From: an uncultured Oscillospiraceae bacterium
GTDB lineage: Bacteria; Bacillota; Clostridia; Christensenellales; CAG-138
Reading direction: 5' to 3'
Assembly: GCA_964437665.1 (NCBI GenBank)
Contig: CAYTHS010000003.1
Coordinates: forward strand, 205-64,204
Length of the DNA stretch: 64,000 nt
Part shown: positions 39,253 to 48,163 of the stretch, one piece after another
Position numbering within the stretch: position 1 is the first letter of the stretch
Layout: each line of letters opens with the position of its first letter
Translations under genes and position numbers: made by a program
The notes under the pieces: model-generated
What the model saw: the letters and a program-made list of their open reading frames with translations, nothing else
Databases searched by the model: none
Told to the model about the DNA's origin: nothing

Positions 39253-40158
39253 CTATAGTATGATCAAATCGCCAAGTTTTGAATTGATCTCATCAGGAGA
39301 AAAAAACGCGAATCCAGCTTCAGGGAAAAAAGTGCATTCGCCAAAATATACTTTGTCTTTTATGCTGTAAAAATCAATTCTAACAAATTTTATCCCACGA
39401 GATAATTCACAAGCCATTTTCAACATTTGATCGAGTTTTTCCGGCTTTTGAATATGTTTTTCTCCATCAGTTGGGTAACAATATGACCATTCCAAAAACT
39501 CCCATTGCGTTGTATACAAATTACGCTTGTGCCGGCTGAACCTGTCAAAATCAACCTGGATAAAAACAGGTTCCTCATCAAAACAAAATATCTTATAATC
39601 CTTCAGTTCAAAACCGGACTCGTCTTCCATATAGCTTTCAGCAATAATCCGCGGCTTGCAGTGCTTATACGGCCATTCTCTGTAATTACTATAAAACTCA
39701 CGTCTTAATCGCTTTTCGATTATTTTTTTCGCCGCTTCCCTGTCAAACCGCGCCTTATCCCTGCAAATAACGATAGTGCCGGAATCATGCGTGCATTTCA
39801 ATACAAACTTCTCAGGCAGTTTTGCAAAATCAATTTCATCGAAATGTTCCCAAACTCCTAAGGTTGGAATGATAAACTCTTCACCAAACCTCCCCGCGAC
39901 ATATTCTTTTACGCTATGCTTATCCACCATCATCGTATATTCTGGGCGTCTATCATTTATCTTTAGATATTGCAGCTTTTCGTTAAACGTTCTGGGATTG
40001 TCGAGATTCAATGTTAATCCTGTCCGCATTTTATACTGCAATTTCAAAAAAGCTTCATCTGAAAGCCAACGCAATTTCAATCGATTCAGAACGAATACCG
40101 CTATTATCCTGGGATTATTAAGGACCTTCTTAATCTTTCTAATTAATGCACGTCCCAT
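39253..40158 (-). CDS. ATP-grasp fold amidoligase (TupA-like) family protein
   Basis: NPRTFNEKLQYLK, FVLKCTHDSG, DYKIFCF and RIDFY..YFGECTFFP motifs. AT-rich gene. Confidence 0.85.
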   Translation of the reverse strand: MGRALIRKIKKVLNNPRIIAVFVLNRLKLRWLSDEAFLKLQYKMRTGLTLNLDNPRTFNEKLQYLKINDRRPEYTMMVDKHSVKEYVAGRFGEEFIIPTLGVWEHFDEIDFAKLPEKFVLKCTHDSGTIVICRDKARFDREAAKKIIEKRLRREFYSNYREWPYKHCKPRIIAESYMEDESGFELKDYKIFCFDEEPVFIQVDFDRFSRHKRNLYTTQWEFLEWSYCYPTDGEKHIQKPEKLDQMLKMACELSRGIKFVRIDFYSIKDKVYFGECTFFPEAGFAFFSPDEINSKLGDLIIL

Positions 40159-40270
40159 CAGTCATACTCCCATTACTTCATTTGCCGGAATCACGCGAAT
40201 TCTTGCGCAAGCATCTATAGACATCACGTTTGTTTACATACTGCAATTATAAATTATATCATACACCCTG

Positions 40271-40593
40271 GTGATAATTATCGTTTTTTTCATCTTTATA
40301 GGTGTTGCAGGAATATTATATGAGAGAAAAAAGAAAGGGACAAAATCAAGGACAGCAATCGTCTATTAATCGACACAAAAGCAAGAATCAAAGCGAAATA
40401 TCGGAGTGTTGACCGCTCGACAGGGGAAATTGGAAGAAGTACCGCGATGAGTTTTTTTGTCACGTTTTCTCAGGAGAATGGAGAGAGTGTGACATTGAAA
40501 GTGCCGTATTTTAAGTATATGAAGCTTAAGGAAGGAAGCAGCGGAAATCTCAAATACAAAGAAGCGTCTTTTATTGATTTTGTTGCGGATTGA
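40271..40593 (+). pseudogene. DUF2500-like gene disrupted by a frameshift in an A-run
   Basis: The TM segment VIIIVFFIFIGVAGILYE is in one frame. The rest (..LIDTKARIKAKYRSV..FFVTFSQENGESVTLKVPYFKYMKLKEGSSGNLKYKEASFIDF) is in another, with the switch near AGAAAAAAGAAAGGG (about 40325-40340). No clear start codon. Confidence 0.45.
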
Positions 40594-40694
40594 CGCAAGA
40601 AAACGACTCAACACGAGCCGCTTTTTTAGGTCATAGGCTGTCATATGGCTGTCAAAAGCTGTTGACAAGCGTGATCGCACGAATGGAAGAAAAG

Positions 40695-40720
40695 AAAAAA
40701 GCCCGCAATTACGGGCTTTT
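40695..40720 (-). terminator. terminator after the tRNA pair
   Basis: Minus strand: GCCCG-TAATTG-CGGGC followed by TTTTTT. Confidence 0.7.
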
Positions 40721-40724
40721 CTGG

Positions 40725-40801
40725 TGGTCGGGGTGACTGGATTTGAACCAGCGACCTTTTGGTCCCGAACCAAACGCGCTACCAAGCTGCGCTACACCCC
40801 G
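40725..40801 (-). tRNA. tRNA-Pro (anticodon CGG)
   Basis: Hand-folded cloverleaf: acceptor CGGGGTG/CACCCCG, anticodon loop TTCGGGA, T-loop TTCAAAT, encoded CCA; 77 nt. Confidence 0.9.
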
Positions 40802-40807
40802 AAAAAA

Positions 40808-40883
40808 TGGAGCCAATGTGGGGACTCGAACCCCAGACCTGCTGATTACGAATCAGCTGCTCTACCAACTGAGCTACATTGGC
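40808..40883 (-). tRNA. tRNA-Thr (anticodon CGU)
   Basis: Acceptor GCCAATG/CATTGGC, anticodon loop TTCGTAA, T-loop TTCGAGT, encoded CCA; 76 nt. Confidence 0.9.
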
Positions 40884-40898
40884 GTTTCGCACTGTTCT

Positions 40899-40927
40899 AT
40901 TATAGGCAACCGCCGATGGAGTGTCAA
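40899..40927 (-). promoter_or_regulatory. consensus sigmaA promoter for the tRNA pair (TTGACA-17-TATAAT)
   Basis: Plus-strand ATTATA at 40899-40904 and TGTCAA at 40922-40927, about 15 nt upstream of the tRNA-Thr 5' end. Confidence 0.8.
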
Positions 40928-41025
40928 GGGAAAAATCCTGAAAAAGAGCACGGCTTTTTGAACGGAAATTGATCGCGGCCGAACACGGATTTTTCCATGT
41001 GGAAAAGCGCCCCGCGCAGCCGCGC

Positions 41026-42693
41026 TCAGAGCGTCAGCAGCTCGACGAGCTTACCCGCAAGGATATTGACCACCGCAAGCCCAGCAAGCAGCGAGAGTGT
41101 GCGCTCCCAGTTTTGGATGCGGTTTTCGACGGGCAGCAGGGAAAACGGAAGATATGCCAGTGCGATCACCGGCAGGACGTAACGGTTCTGCATCCCCCGG
41201 ATGGACGTCGACCCGACTGGCGTGAAGCTGATGTACAGCGCGGCGGCGGAAAGCAACACAGTTGCGAGGGCGAAGAAAAGCCATAAGGACGTCCAGCCCC
41301 ATTTCTGCCGGGCCGTCAGTTCCGGCTTGTCCTTTGCGAGGATTGCACCGGCAACCGGCAGAAGCGCCAGCGGCTCGGCGAGGAAGTTGAGCGACATGTT
41401 CCCGTTGTCGATGAAGAAGTGCCGCCGCTCGACGAGACGCGGCATCAGATCGAGCGCAAGCGCCTTTATGAACGTCGCCGGATGGGCGAGAATGAAGCGT
41501 ATCTGCCCGCTGACGCTCGCGCCGGAATGAATCGTGTCGTCGAGGCTGCCGGAGTAGGCAAGGATCGACCAGAGCTGCGCAGCCGCGATCAGAATGAGCG
41601 CCGTGCCGGCGGAGAGCAATGCCGCGCGTTTGTTGGCGACGCGTTTTTTGGGCAGGAACAGCACGAGCAGTACGAGCGCAAAATAGCCCATATATTTGGC
41701 GGAGAGGATAAACGCGGCGGAAAAGCCGAGCAGTACGATATCCTTCGTTTCGATTTTTCCGTCCGTTTCGTCAAAACAGTAATGCAGACAAACCGAAAGG
41801 AACAATAGCCCCGCGGCAATGAGCGAGGAATCGTTCGTGAGCGTGCCCGCCAGTTCCAGGCAGGTCGGTATCAGTGCCGTAAGGAAGATTATGGTGCGAA
41901 AACGCGTTGTGCGGCGGATGGCGTACCAGCAGGCGGCGACATAAAAAAGGTAATTGGTCAGCCGGCCGAGCACGATGTCCAGCGCAAGCGGCAGACCGAG
42001 CATTCTGCCGAGCAGCATTCCAACCGCGCCGGGCAGGTAGCACAGCGGCAGGTAGGAAGCCGAGCGTGTGCGCGCAAAGAAGATCAGCTCGCCGACGGGC
42101 GAGATCAGGTCGGGGTTTTCAAAGAAATTTGCCAGAGTCCAGGCTTCGGTGTCGGCAAAAACGGAGTATCCTCTCGGAACGAACATGCCGACAGCGCCGT
42201 CCGAAGCGACCGGCATCAACGCGCCGCTGGTGATGCTGAACGTGCGCTGAAAGTGGTATTCCTCGTCCGTGCAGTAGGCGAACTTGGTGATCACGACGTA
42301 GAAAACGCCGATCAGCAGCGCAATCAGGAGAAAATTCCTGGGGAGCGAGCCGCCGATCAGCAGCGCAAACGCGACGGAACAGAGGGCCAGCAGCACTGTA
42401 ACGAGTGAAACGGCGATATCGCCCGCGTTTCCGCCGGACGGAAAAAGATGCAACAGCTGTGCGCGCGAAGCGGCCATAACGAGCCAGAACAGCAGCACGG
42501 CCAGCAGCGGGCGAAGTTTTTTTTGCTGAAGTAACGTATGCAAGGCGAAAACGGACCTCCATGCGGATGAATCGGTTGCGGCGGACGCCGGACAGCAGTA
42601 TTTTACAGCAAATTCCGAATTTTGGGAACCATAGAGAGAAGATATTTCACTTTGACGGGCGGCGCAAGGGAAACAAGCCTCCGCTGTCTGCAA
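41026..42693 (-). CDS. large polytopic membrane protein (DUF2142 / GT-C-like, putative glycosyl- or acyl-transfer to envelope)
   Basis: At least 12 predicted TM helices over 555 aa. The N-terminal roughly 50 aa are non-membrane and the start is uncertain. Confidence 0.5.
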   Translation of the reverse strand: MQTAEACFPCAARQSEISSLYGSQNSEFAVKYCCPASAATDSSAWRSVFALHTLLQQKKLRPLLAVLLFWLVMAASRAQLLHLFPSGGNAGDIAVSLVTVLLALCSVAFALLIGGSLPRNFLLIALLIGVFYVVITKFAYCTDEEYHFQRTFSITSGALMPVASDGAVGMFVPRGYSVFADTEAWTLANFFENPDLISPVGELIFFARTRSASYLPLCYLPGAVGMLLGRMLGLPLALDIVLGRLTNYLFYVAACWYAIRRTTRFRTIIFLTALIPTCLELAGTLTNDSSLIAAGLLFLSVCLHYCFDETDGKIETKDIVLLGFSAAFILSAKYMGYFALVLLVLFLPKKRVANKRAALLSAGTALILIAAAQLWSILAYSGSLDDTIHSGASVSGQIRFILAHPATFIKALALDLMPRLVERRHFFIDNGNMSLNFLAEPLALLPVAGAILAKDKPELTARQKWGWTSLWLFFALATVLLSAAALYISFTPVGSTSIRGMQNRYVLPVIALAYLPFSLLPVENRIQNWERTLSLLAGLAVVNILAGKLVELLTL

Positions 42694-42747
42694 GAATAAG
42701 ACCGGGAGCGTCAGCGCCCGGTCTGTGCGCCGCGTTGGTTCAGGGCG

Positions 42748-44487
42748 TCATCCGACCTGCTTTTCAATCTCTTCTTTTTCGAGCACGGTATAGGCCACCT
42801 TACCCACGAGCGTTTTGGGCAGCTCGCTGCGGAATTCGATATCGTACGGCATGGCGTATTTGGCGATGTTTTTGCGGCAGTGTGCGAGAATTTCCTCTTT
42901 GAGCGCGGGCGTTGGCAGTATATCCGGCCGCAGCACGACGAATGCCTTGACTTTGTGCATGCGATAGGAGTCCGGCACGCCGATGACGCAGCTCATGAGC
43001 ACTTTGTCGTGCGCGTCGATGACGTTTTCCACCTGCGAGGGGTATACGTTGTAGCCGCTGGTGACGATCATGCGCTTGATGCGCTGGCGGAAATAGATGA
43101 AGCCGTCCTCGTCCATAATGCCCAGATCGCCCGTGTGCAGCCAGGTGTGGCCGTCGGCGTGCTTTTTAAGGGTGTTGGCGGTCTCTTCCGGCTGGTTGAC
43201 GTATTCGATCATGACCGACGGCCCGCAAAGGCAGATTTCGCCCTCGTCGCCGTAGGGGACCTCGTCCGTCGTGCCGGTTTTGACAATCTTGTAGAACGTG
43301 TCAGGAAACGGCAGGCCGATGCTGCCTTCGCGGTACATATCGTAGGGGGTCAGGCAACTGGCGGTGACGCATTCCGTCGTGCCGTAGCCTTCGCGCACCT
43401 GAACGGTCGCGCCGTGTTCGCGCAAAAAGCGGTCGAATTTCTTTTTCAGCTCGATGGAGAGGCTGTCCCCGCCGGAGAACACGCCGAGCAGGCAGCTTAA
43501 GTCCACGCCGTCCATATAGGGATTGCGCGTGATGCCTTCGTAGAGCGTCGGTACGCCCGCGATGTAGTTGGGCCGCTCTTTTTTGAGCAGCTTTGCATAG
43601 CTTTCCACCGATACGCGCGGCACGAGGATGGCCGTCGCGCCGTGGGCGATCATCGTGTGGATGCAAACGCCGAGGCCGAAGCCGTGAAACATCGGCATGG
43701 CCGCGAGCATGCGCTTGCCGGGCGAGAAGCAGTTGCTCATGGCGGCGGTCTGCATGCCCAGCGCGTTGAAATTAAGGTTGCTTAGGAGGATGCCTTTGGT
43801 TACGCCCGTTGTGCCGCCGGAGAAGAGGATGACGGCGGGATCGTTGGCCTTGCGCGCCTTGAAGCAGTCTTCCGAAACGCGTTTCGCGCCGCTTAAAAAA
43901 GCCTTCCACCAGAGCACGGGCGCGTCTTTGGGTATTTTTTTCAGTTTGTGTCCCTGGGTGAGACGGTAACCGAGTTTCAAAAGCGGTTTGAGCGCGTCGG
44001 CGACGCTTGTGAGCACGAGCGTTTCGACCGGGGTCGTTTTGCGCACTTCCTCAAACTTGCCGTAGAACTGGTCGAGCGTGACCACCGCGCGCGAGCTGGA
44101 GTCTTTGATGTAAAACGCGATCTCGCCGACGCTCGAAAGCGGATGGATCATCACGGCGATCGCGCCGATCAGATTGAGCGCGTAGAAGCAAAGCACGATC
44201 TGCGGGCAGTTCGGCATGCAGAGCATGACCTTGTCGCCTTCGCGGACGCCGAGCGCGGAAAAAGCGCGCGCCGTGCGCTTTACTTCCGCGATCATGCGAT
44301 CGTAGCGCGTGGCCTTACCCATGAACGTAAAAGCGGTATTCCGGGGATAGAGGCCGGCGCTGCGCTCCACAAGCGCGTACATCGAGCAGTCCGGGTAGGT
44401 CAGATTCAGCGGCACTTCGCCATAGAACGCAAGCCAAGGCGCCCTGACGTTGGACATATCTCCGGTATGAATATTTTCAGCACTCAA
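42748..44487 (-). CDS. AMP-forming acyl-CoA synthetase (long-chain fatty acid-CoA ligase-like)
   Basis: SGGTTGVTKG, GYGTTE and GDLG..DEDGF adenylation motifs; 579 aa. Confidence 0.88.
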   Translation of the reverse strand: MSAENIHTGDMSNVRAPWLAFYGEVPLNLTYPDCSMYALVERSAGLYPRNTAFTFMGKATRYDRMIAEVKRTARAFSALGVREGDKVMLCMPNCPQIVLCFYALNLIGAIAVMIHPLSSVGEIAFYIKDSSSRAVVTLDQFYGKFEEVRKTTPVETLVLTSVADALKPLLKLGYRLTQGHKLKKIPKDAPVLWWKAFLSGAKRVSEDCFKARKANDPAVILFSGGTTGVTKGILLSNLNFNALGMQTAAMSNCFSPGKRMLAAMPMFHGFGLGVCIHTMIAHGATAILVPRVSVESYAKLLKKERPNYIAGVPTLYEGITRNPYMDGVDLSCLLGVFSGGDSLSIELKKKFDRFLREHGATVQVREGYGTTECVTASCLTPYDMYREGSIGLPFPDTFYKIVKTGTTDEVPYGDEGEICLCGPSVMIEYVNQPEETANTLKKHADGHTWLHTGDLGIMDEDGFIYFRQRIKRMIVTSGYNVYPSQVENVIDAHDKVLMSCVIGVPDSYRMHKVKAFVVLRPDILPTPALKEEILAHCRKNIAKYAMPYDIEFRSELPKTLVGKVAYTVLEKEEIEKQVG

Positions 44488-45388
44488 TTTTCAGTTCCTC
44501 CTTGGCCGGTACGTCGAGCAGCTCCGGCTCGGAAAGCAGTTTCTTGAGCAGACGGACGGTTTTGGAAAAATAGTATCCGTCGCCGATGCGCTCGTCCAGC
44601 GTAACGCCGAGATTAAGCGCCGGGCGTACGGATATATCGCCGTCCGCGCTGTAGAAGGGGTGCGGGTGTTTCTCGCCGACTACCACGAACACGGAATTCG
44701 TGCTCCAGTTCGAGAGGTGATGGTATCCCGCATTGAGCTTGATGGAGCCGAGGTTTGAGATGAATACGGTGCTGTTGTAGGGATCCTCCCTGGCGAGATC
44801 GTCCGGCATTCTGCCATGCGCGTCGAGCGCGCGCAAAACGTTGATCAGCAGTCGCCGGAACCACTGCGGGCCTTTAGCGAGCGTATCGAGAATATCGGTG
44901 GTGTTGTCGGTTTTGCTTGTGGTGCGCAGCGAATACACAAAATCGCAGAGCTTGTCGTGCAGCACGTCGATCGCGGGTTTTTCGCTTTCCGGGTCGTATT
45001 TCAGAATTACGATTGATTCTTCGCCGTTGTCGGAAAACGCCTTTTTTGCGATCAGCGAAAACGAAATATGCTGTCGGTCGTAATACCTGCCGCCGATGAT
45101 GAAGCGGTTCATGCGCGGGCGCATTTCCACCGTGCGCGCAAGCGCGGCAAGGATTACATGAAAGAGCGTGTATTTATACTGCGGACCGGCTGCGTTTTTT
45201 TTGCCGAGATATGCTTCTATGGCGGTCAGATCGACGAGTTCCTCAATAAAAGCTTCGTTGTCGGCGCGGCTGGGCATCATCAGCGGAAAGAACATGTGCA
45301 TGGAGTCCAGATCGCGTACGAGTGTTGCGTCGCGGCGGTCGCCGCGGCGTCGTTTGGTGCTGTTTGCCATTTGTAGCTTCCATCCCAT
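44477..45388 (-). CDS. stand-alone 2-oxoacid dehydrogenase E2 catalytic-domain-like (CAT-fold) acyltransferase homologue
   Basis: About 300 aa with no lipoyl domain. The C-terminal motif reads LDERIGDG where E2/CAT enzymes have DHRxxDG. Alternative start at 45370 (MANSTK). Confidence 0.6.
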   Translation of the reverse strand: MGWKLQMANSTKRRRGDRRDATLVRDLDSMHMFFPLMMPSRADNEAFIEELVDLTAIEAYLGKKNAAGPQYKYTLFHVILAALARTVEMRPRMNRFIIGGRYYDRQHISFSLIAKKAFSDNGEESIVILKYDPESEKPAIDVLHDKLCDFVYSLRTTSKTDNTTDILDTLAKGPQWFRRLLINVLRALDAHGRMPDDLAREDPYNSTVFISNLGSIKLNAGYHHLSNWSTNSVFVVVGEKHPHPFYSADGDISVRPALNLGVTLDERIGDGYYFSKTVRLLKKLLSEPELLDVPAKEELKIEC

Positions 45389-45428
45389 TTTGCAAGATTA
45401 TTGTAGTATAAGTGCAAATAACGCATAA

Positions 45429-45457
45429 AATATATATGAAATCCTATGAAATGTCAA
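45429..45457 (-). promoter_or_regulatory. candidate promoter of the acyltransferase-like/acyl-CoA synthetase operon (TTGACA-17-TATATT)
   Basis: Plus-strand AATATA at 45429-45434 and TGTCAA at 45452-45457. Confidence 0.5.
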
Positions 45458-45491
45458 TGAAACGGCGTATCCGCGCCGGCCGCCAGGACGC

Positions 45492-45516
45492 AAAAACGGA
45501 GCGCTTTTCGCGCTCC
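45492..45516 (-). terminator. intrinsic terminator ending the parE-parC transcript
   Basis: Minus strand: GGAGCGCG-AAAA-GCGCTCC followed by GTTTTT. Confidence 0.7.
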
Positions 45517-45561
45517 GCAAGGGTCGGTAAAAAGATTTTTTTGCATGGATTCCGTCTGCTA

Positions 45562-45695
45562 TCCCACCCAAGGGACACGTTCCCCGGGAATCCTCCGGTT
45601 TATTCGGGACACATGCAAAAAGTGGGTTCTTAGGGCTTGGTTCTAAGCGGCGGTTCGGAGGCAGAGCCTCCGAGCGCAGGGGTGATCCCCTGCCA
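45562..45695 (-). repeat. intergenic repeat family 3, copy in the parC 3' region
   Basis: Reverse complement aligns to 59474-59600 (GGAGGCTCyGCCTCC, GCTTAGA..CCTWAGAACCC, GGATTCCC..GTCCCTTGGG blocks). Confidence 0.65.
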
Positions 45696-45714
45696 AAGTA
45701 CCTTTTAGCAGCCC

Positions 45715-48111
45715 CTATTCGAGCGAGACCACGTCGTCGTCGAGCACGACGGCAACGAGCATTTCGCCCCGGCCTGCGCGCGGTTCGATATGCACTTCGT
45801 TTGTCGAGAGCGAAGTGCGGTCGCCGTGCCGCTGCAAAAGCGTGATTTCGCGCGGCTCGCCGACAAACAGCGCAGCTGCGATGCAGGTGCCGTTCGCGCC
45901 GTTCTTCTTGAGGTCGAACGCCTTGAGACCTTTGCCGTTGCGTCCCTGCACATCGTAATCGAACAGCGGGGAACGTTTGCCGAAACCTTTGTCGGTGACG
46001 GTCAATACTTCGCCGTCCTCGGGCACCTGTTTTGCGTATAGCACGGAATCGCCCCGATCGAGCTTGATGCATTTCACGCCGCCGGAAACGCGCCCCATGG
46101 CGGGTACGCTCTCCGTTTCGAAGCGGATGCTCATGCCGAGGCGGGTGACGAGCAGGATACTGTCGTGCACGCGCTTTTCCATGCCGATCACGCGGTCTTT
46201 ATCCTTCAGCGACACCGCTGCGGTGCGCTTTGTACGGACGGAATAGTCCGCGGCAGGCGTGCGCTTAACGTTGCCGTTTCGCAGATAGAAGAAATAATCG
46301 CCGTCCGTCTCCTCGGGGAAAAGACCCACGATCTGCTCGTTCTTTTCAAATGGCAGCAGCGCGGCGAGGTTGGCTGCGCGCGTGGTGGCGCGCGTCTCCG
46401 GAATGTCCCCGGCGGGGATGGCCAGCATCGCGCCCTGGTCGGTGAAGATGCGCACGCGCTTGTTGGACTGGGTTTCGACCACGAACAGCGGGTTGTCCTC
46501 CGAAATGGCGGAGAGCGAAAACTGCCGCGTGAGCATCCGCCGCGCCTTGAGGCCCTCGCAGATGCACACGGTCACGTCTTCCACGACGGCGAGGTCTTCG
46601 CTTTCGTCGGGCGGCGCACTTTCGGGCGCGACGAAGGTCGTTTTGCGCGGGGCGGCGAGCATGCCGCGGATTTCCAGCAGTTCCTTCTTGATGAGCGAGA
46701 TGAGTTTTTTGTCGCTGCCGAGGATGGCGCGCAGTTCGGCGATAAGTTTGACCACCGCGGCGTATTCCTTTTTGATCGTGAGCAGTTCCATGTTGGTCAG
46801 CCGCTGCAGCCGCAAATCGAGGATGGCCTGCGCCTGAATTTCGGTAAGCTTGAATTTCTGCATAAGCCCCGTGCGCGCTTCCTTCGGTGATTTGGAGGCG
46901 CGTATCAGCGCGATGATTGCGTCGAGGTTGTCCACGGCGATCATGAGCCCGGCAAGGATATGCTCCCGTTTGAGCGCCGCGTCCAATTCGAACTGCGTGC
47001 GTCGCGTGACCACGTCCCGCTGATGGCGGATGTAATGCGCGAGAATCTGCTTGAGGTTCAGTTGCTGCGGCTTGCCGCCTGCGATGGCGACCATGTTTAC
47101 GCCGAACGTCGTCTGCATATCGGAATATTTGAACAGATACTGCAAAATCCGCTCCGGGTCGCCGTCCTTTTTGATCTCGATGACGGCGCGCATGCCGGTG
47201 CGGTCGCTTTCGTCGCGGATGTCCGCAACGCCGGCGAACAACGCTTTTTTATCCTGCGTGACGGCGAGGATCTTTTCTAGCATGTTCGCCTTGTTGACCT
47301 GATAGGGAAGTTCGGTAATCACGATCAGCGTCTTGCCGTTTTTCAACTCCTCAAAGTGCGTTTTTGCGCGCATATAGACCTTGCCGCGGCCGGTGCGGTA
47401 GGCCTGTTCGAGTTCGGAGGTTTCCAGGATGAATCCGCCGGTCGGAAAGTCCGGCGCGGGGATGATTTTCATGAGTTCGCCGAGCGTGATGCGCGGGTTT
47501 TCCATGACCGCGACGACCGCGTCGATCGCCTCGGCGGGGTTATGCGGCGGGATGTTGGTGGCTAAGCCCACCGCGATGCCGCTCGCACCGTTGACCAGCA
47601 GGTTCGGGAAGCGCCCCGGCAGCAGGTCCGGTTCCTTGAGCGTGTCGTCGAAGTTGAACGAAAAGCTCACGGTGTCTTTTTCGATGTCGCGCAGCAACTG
47701 CATGGCCGCGGGGGTCATGCGCGCCTCGGTATAGCGCATCGCCGCGGCGCTGTCGCCGTCGATGCTGCCGAAGTTGCCGTGCCCGTCCACGAGCGGCACG
47801 CACATGTTGTAGGGCTGCGCCATGCGCACCATCGCGTCGTAAACCGAGCTGTCGCCGTGCGGATGGTATTTGCCGAGGCAGTCGCCGACGATGCGCGCGC
47901 TCTTTCGGTGCGGCTTGTCGGGCGTGAGGCTCAGCTCGAGCATGGTGTACAGGATGCGCCGCTGGACGGGCTTTAAGCCGTCCTCCACGCGCGGCAGGGC
48001 GCGTTCTAATATGACATGCTCGGCATAGGGCATGATGGACTGGTGCATGACCTCGTCCATGTTTCGCTGGATGATGGTTTCCAGCTTAAGCTGTTGCGGT
48101 TTCTTTGGCAT
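45715..48111 (-). CDS. parC: type IIA topoisomerase subunit A, ParC-like (topoisomerase IV) rather than GyrA
   Basis: Active-site region [21 protein letters not shown] and HPHGDSSVY match ParC rather than GyrA (PVHRR / GDSAVY). No GyrA-box at the start of the C-terminal domain; 798 aa. Confidence 0.65.
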   Translation of the reverse strand: MPKKPQQLKLETIIQRNMDEVMHQSIMPYAEHVILERALPRVEDGLKPVQRRILYTMLELSLTPDKPHRKSARIVGDCLGKYHPHGDSSVYDAMVRMAQPYNMCVPLVDGHGNFGSIDGDSAAAMRYTEARMTPAAMQLLRDIEKDTVSFSFNFDDTLKEPDLLPGRFPNLLVNGASGIAVGLATNIPPHNPAEAIDAVVAVMENPRITLGELMKIIPAPDFPTGGFILETSELEQAYRTGRGKVYMRAKTHFEELKNGKTLIVITELPYQVNKANMLEKILAVTQDKKALFAGVADIRDESDRTGMRAVIEIKKDGDPERILQYLFKYSDMQTTFGVNMVAIAGGKPQQLNLKQILAHYIRHQRDVVTRRTQFELDAALKREHILAGLMIAVDNLDAIIALIRASKSPKEARTGLMQKFKLTEIQAQAILDLRLQRLTNMELLTIKKEYAAVVKLIAELRAILGSDKKLISLIKKELLEIRGMLAAPRKTTFVAPESAPPDESEDLAVVEDVTVCICEGLKARRMLTRQFSLSAISEDNPLFVVETQSNKRVRIFTDQGAMLAIPAGDIPETRATTRAANLAALLPFEKNEQIVGLFPEETDGDYFFYLRNGNVKRTPAADYSVRTKRTAAVSLKDKDRVIGMEKRVHDSILLVTRLGMSIRFETESVPAMGRVSGGVKCIKLDRGDSVLYAKQVPEDGEVLTVTDKGFGKRSPLFDYDVQGRNGKGLKAFDLKKNGANGTCIAAALFVGEPREITLLQRHGDRTSLSTNEVHIEPRAGRGEMLVAVVLDDDVVSLE

Positions 48112-48163
48112 AGAATAATTCCTCTTAATCGCCCGGCGACCGGGGTTGTCCGCCGGAATCCGT

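Noticed and set aside
40366-40972. ORFs of 139, 82 and 72 aa overlapping the tRNA-Pro/tRNA-Thr genes
   Set aside because: They run through two well-folding tRNA genes and their promoter and terminator, so they are spurious.
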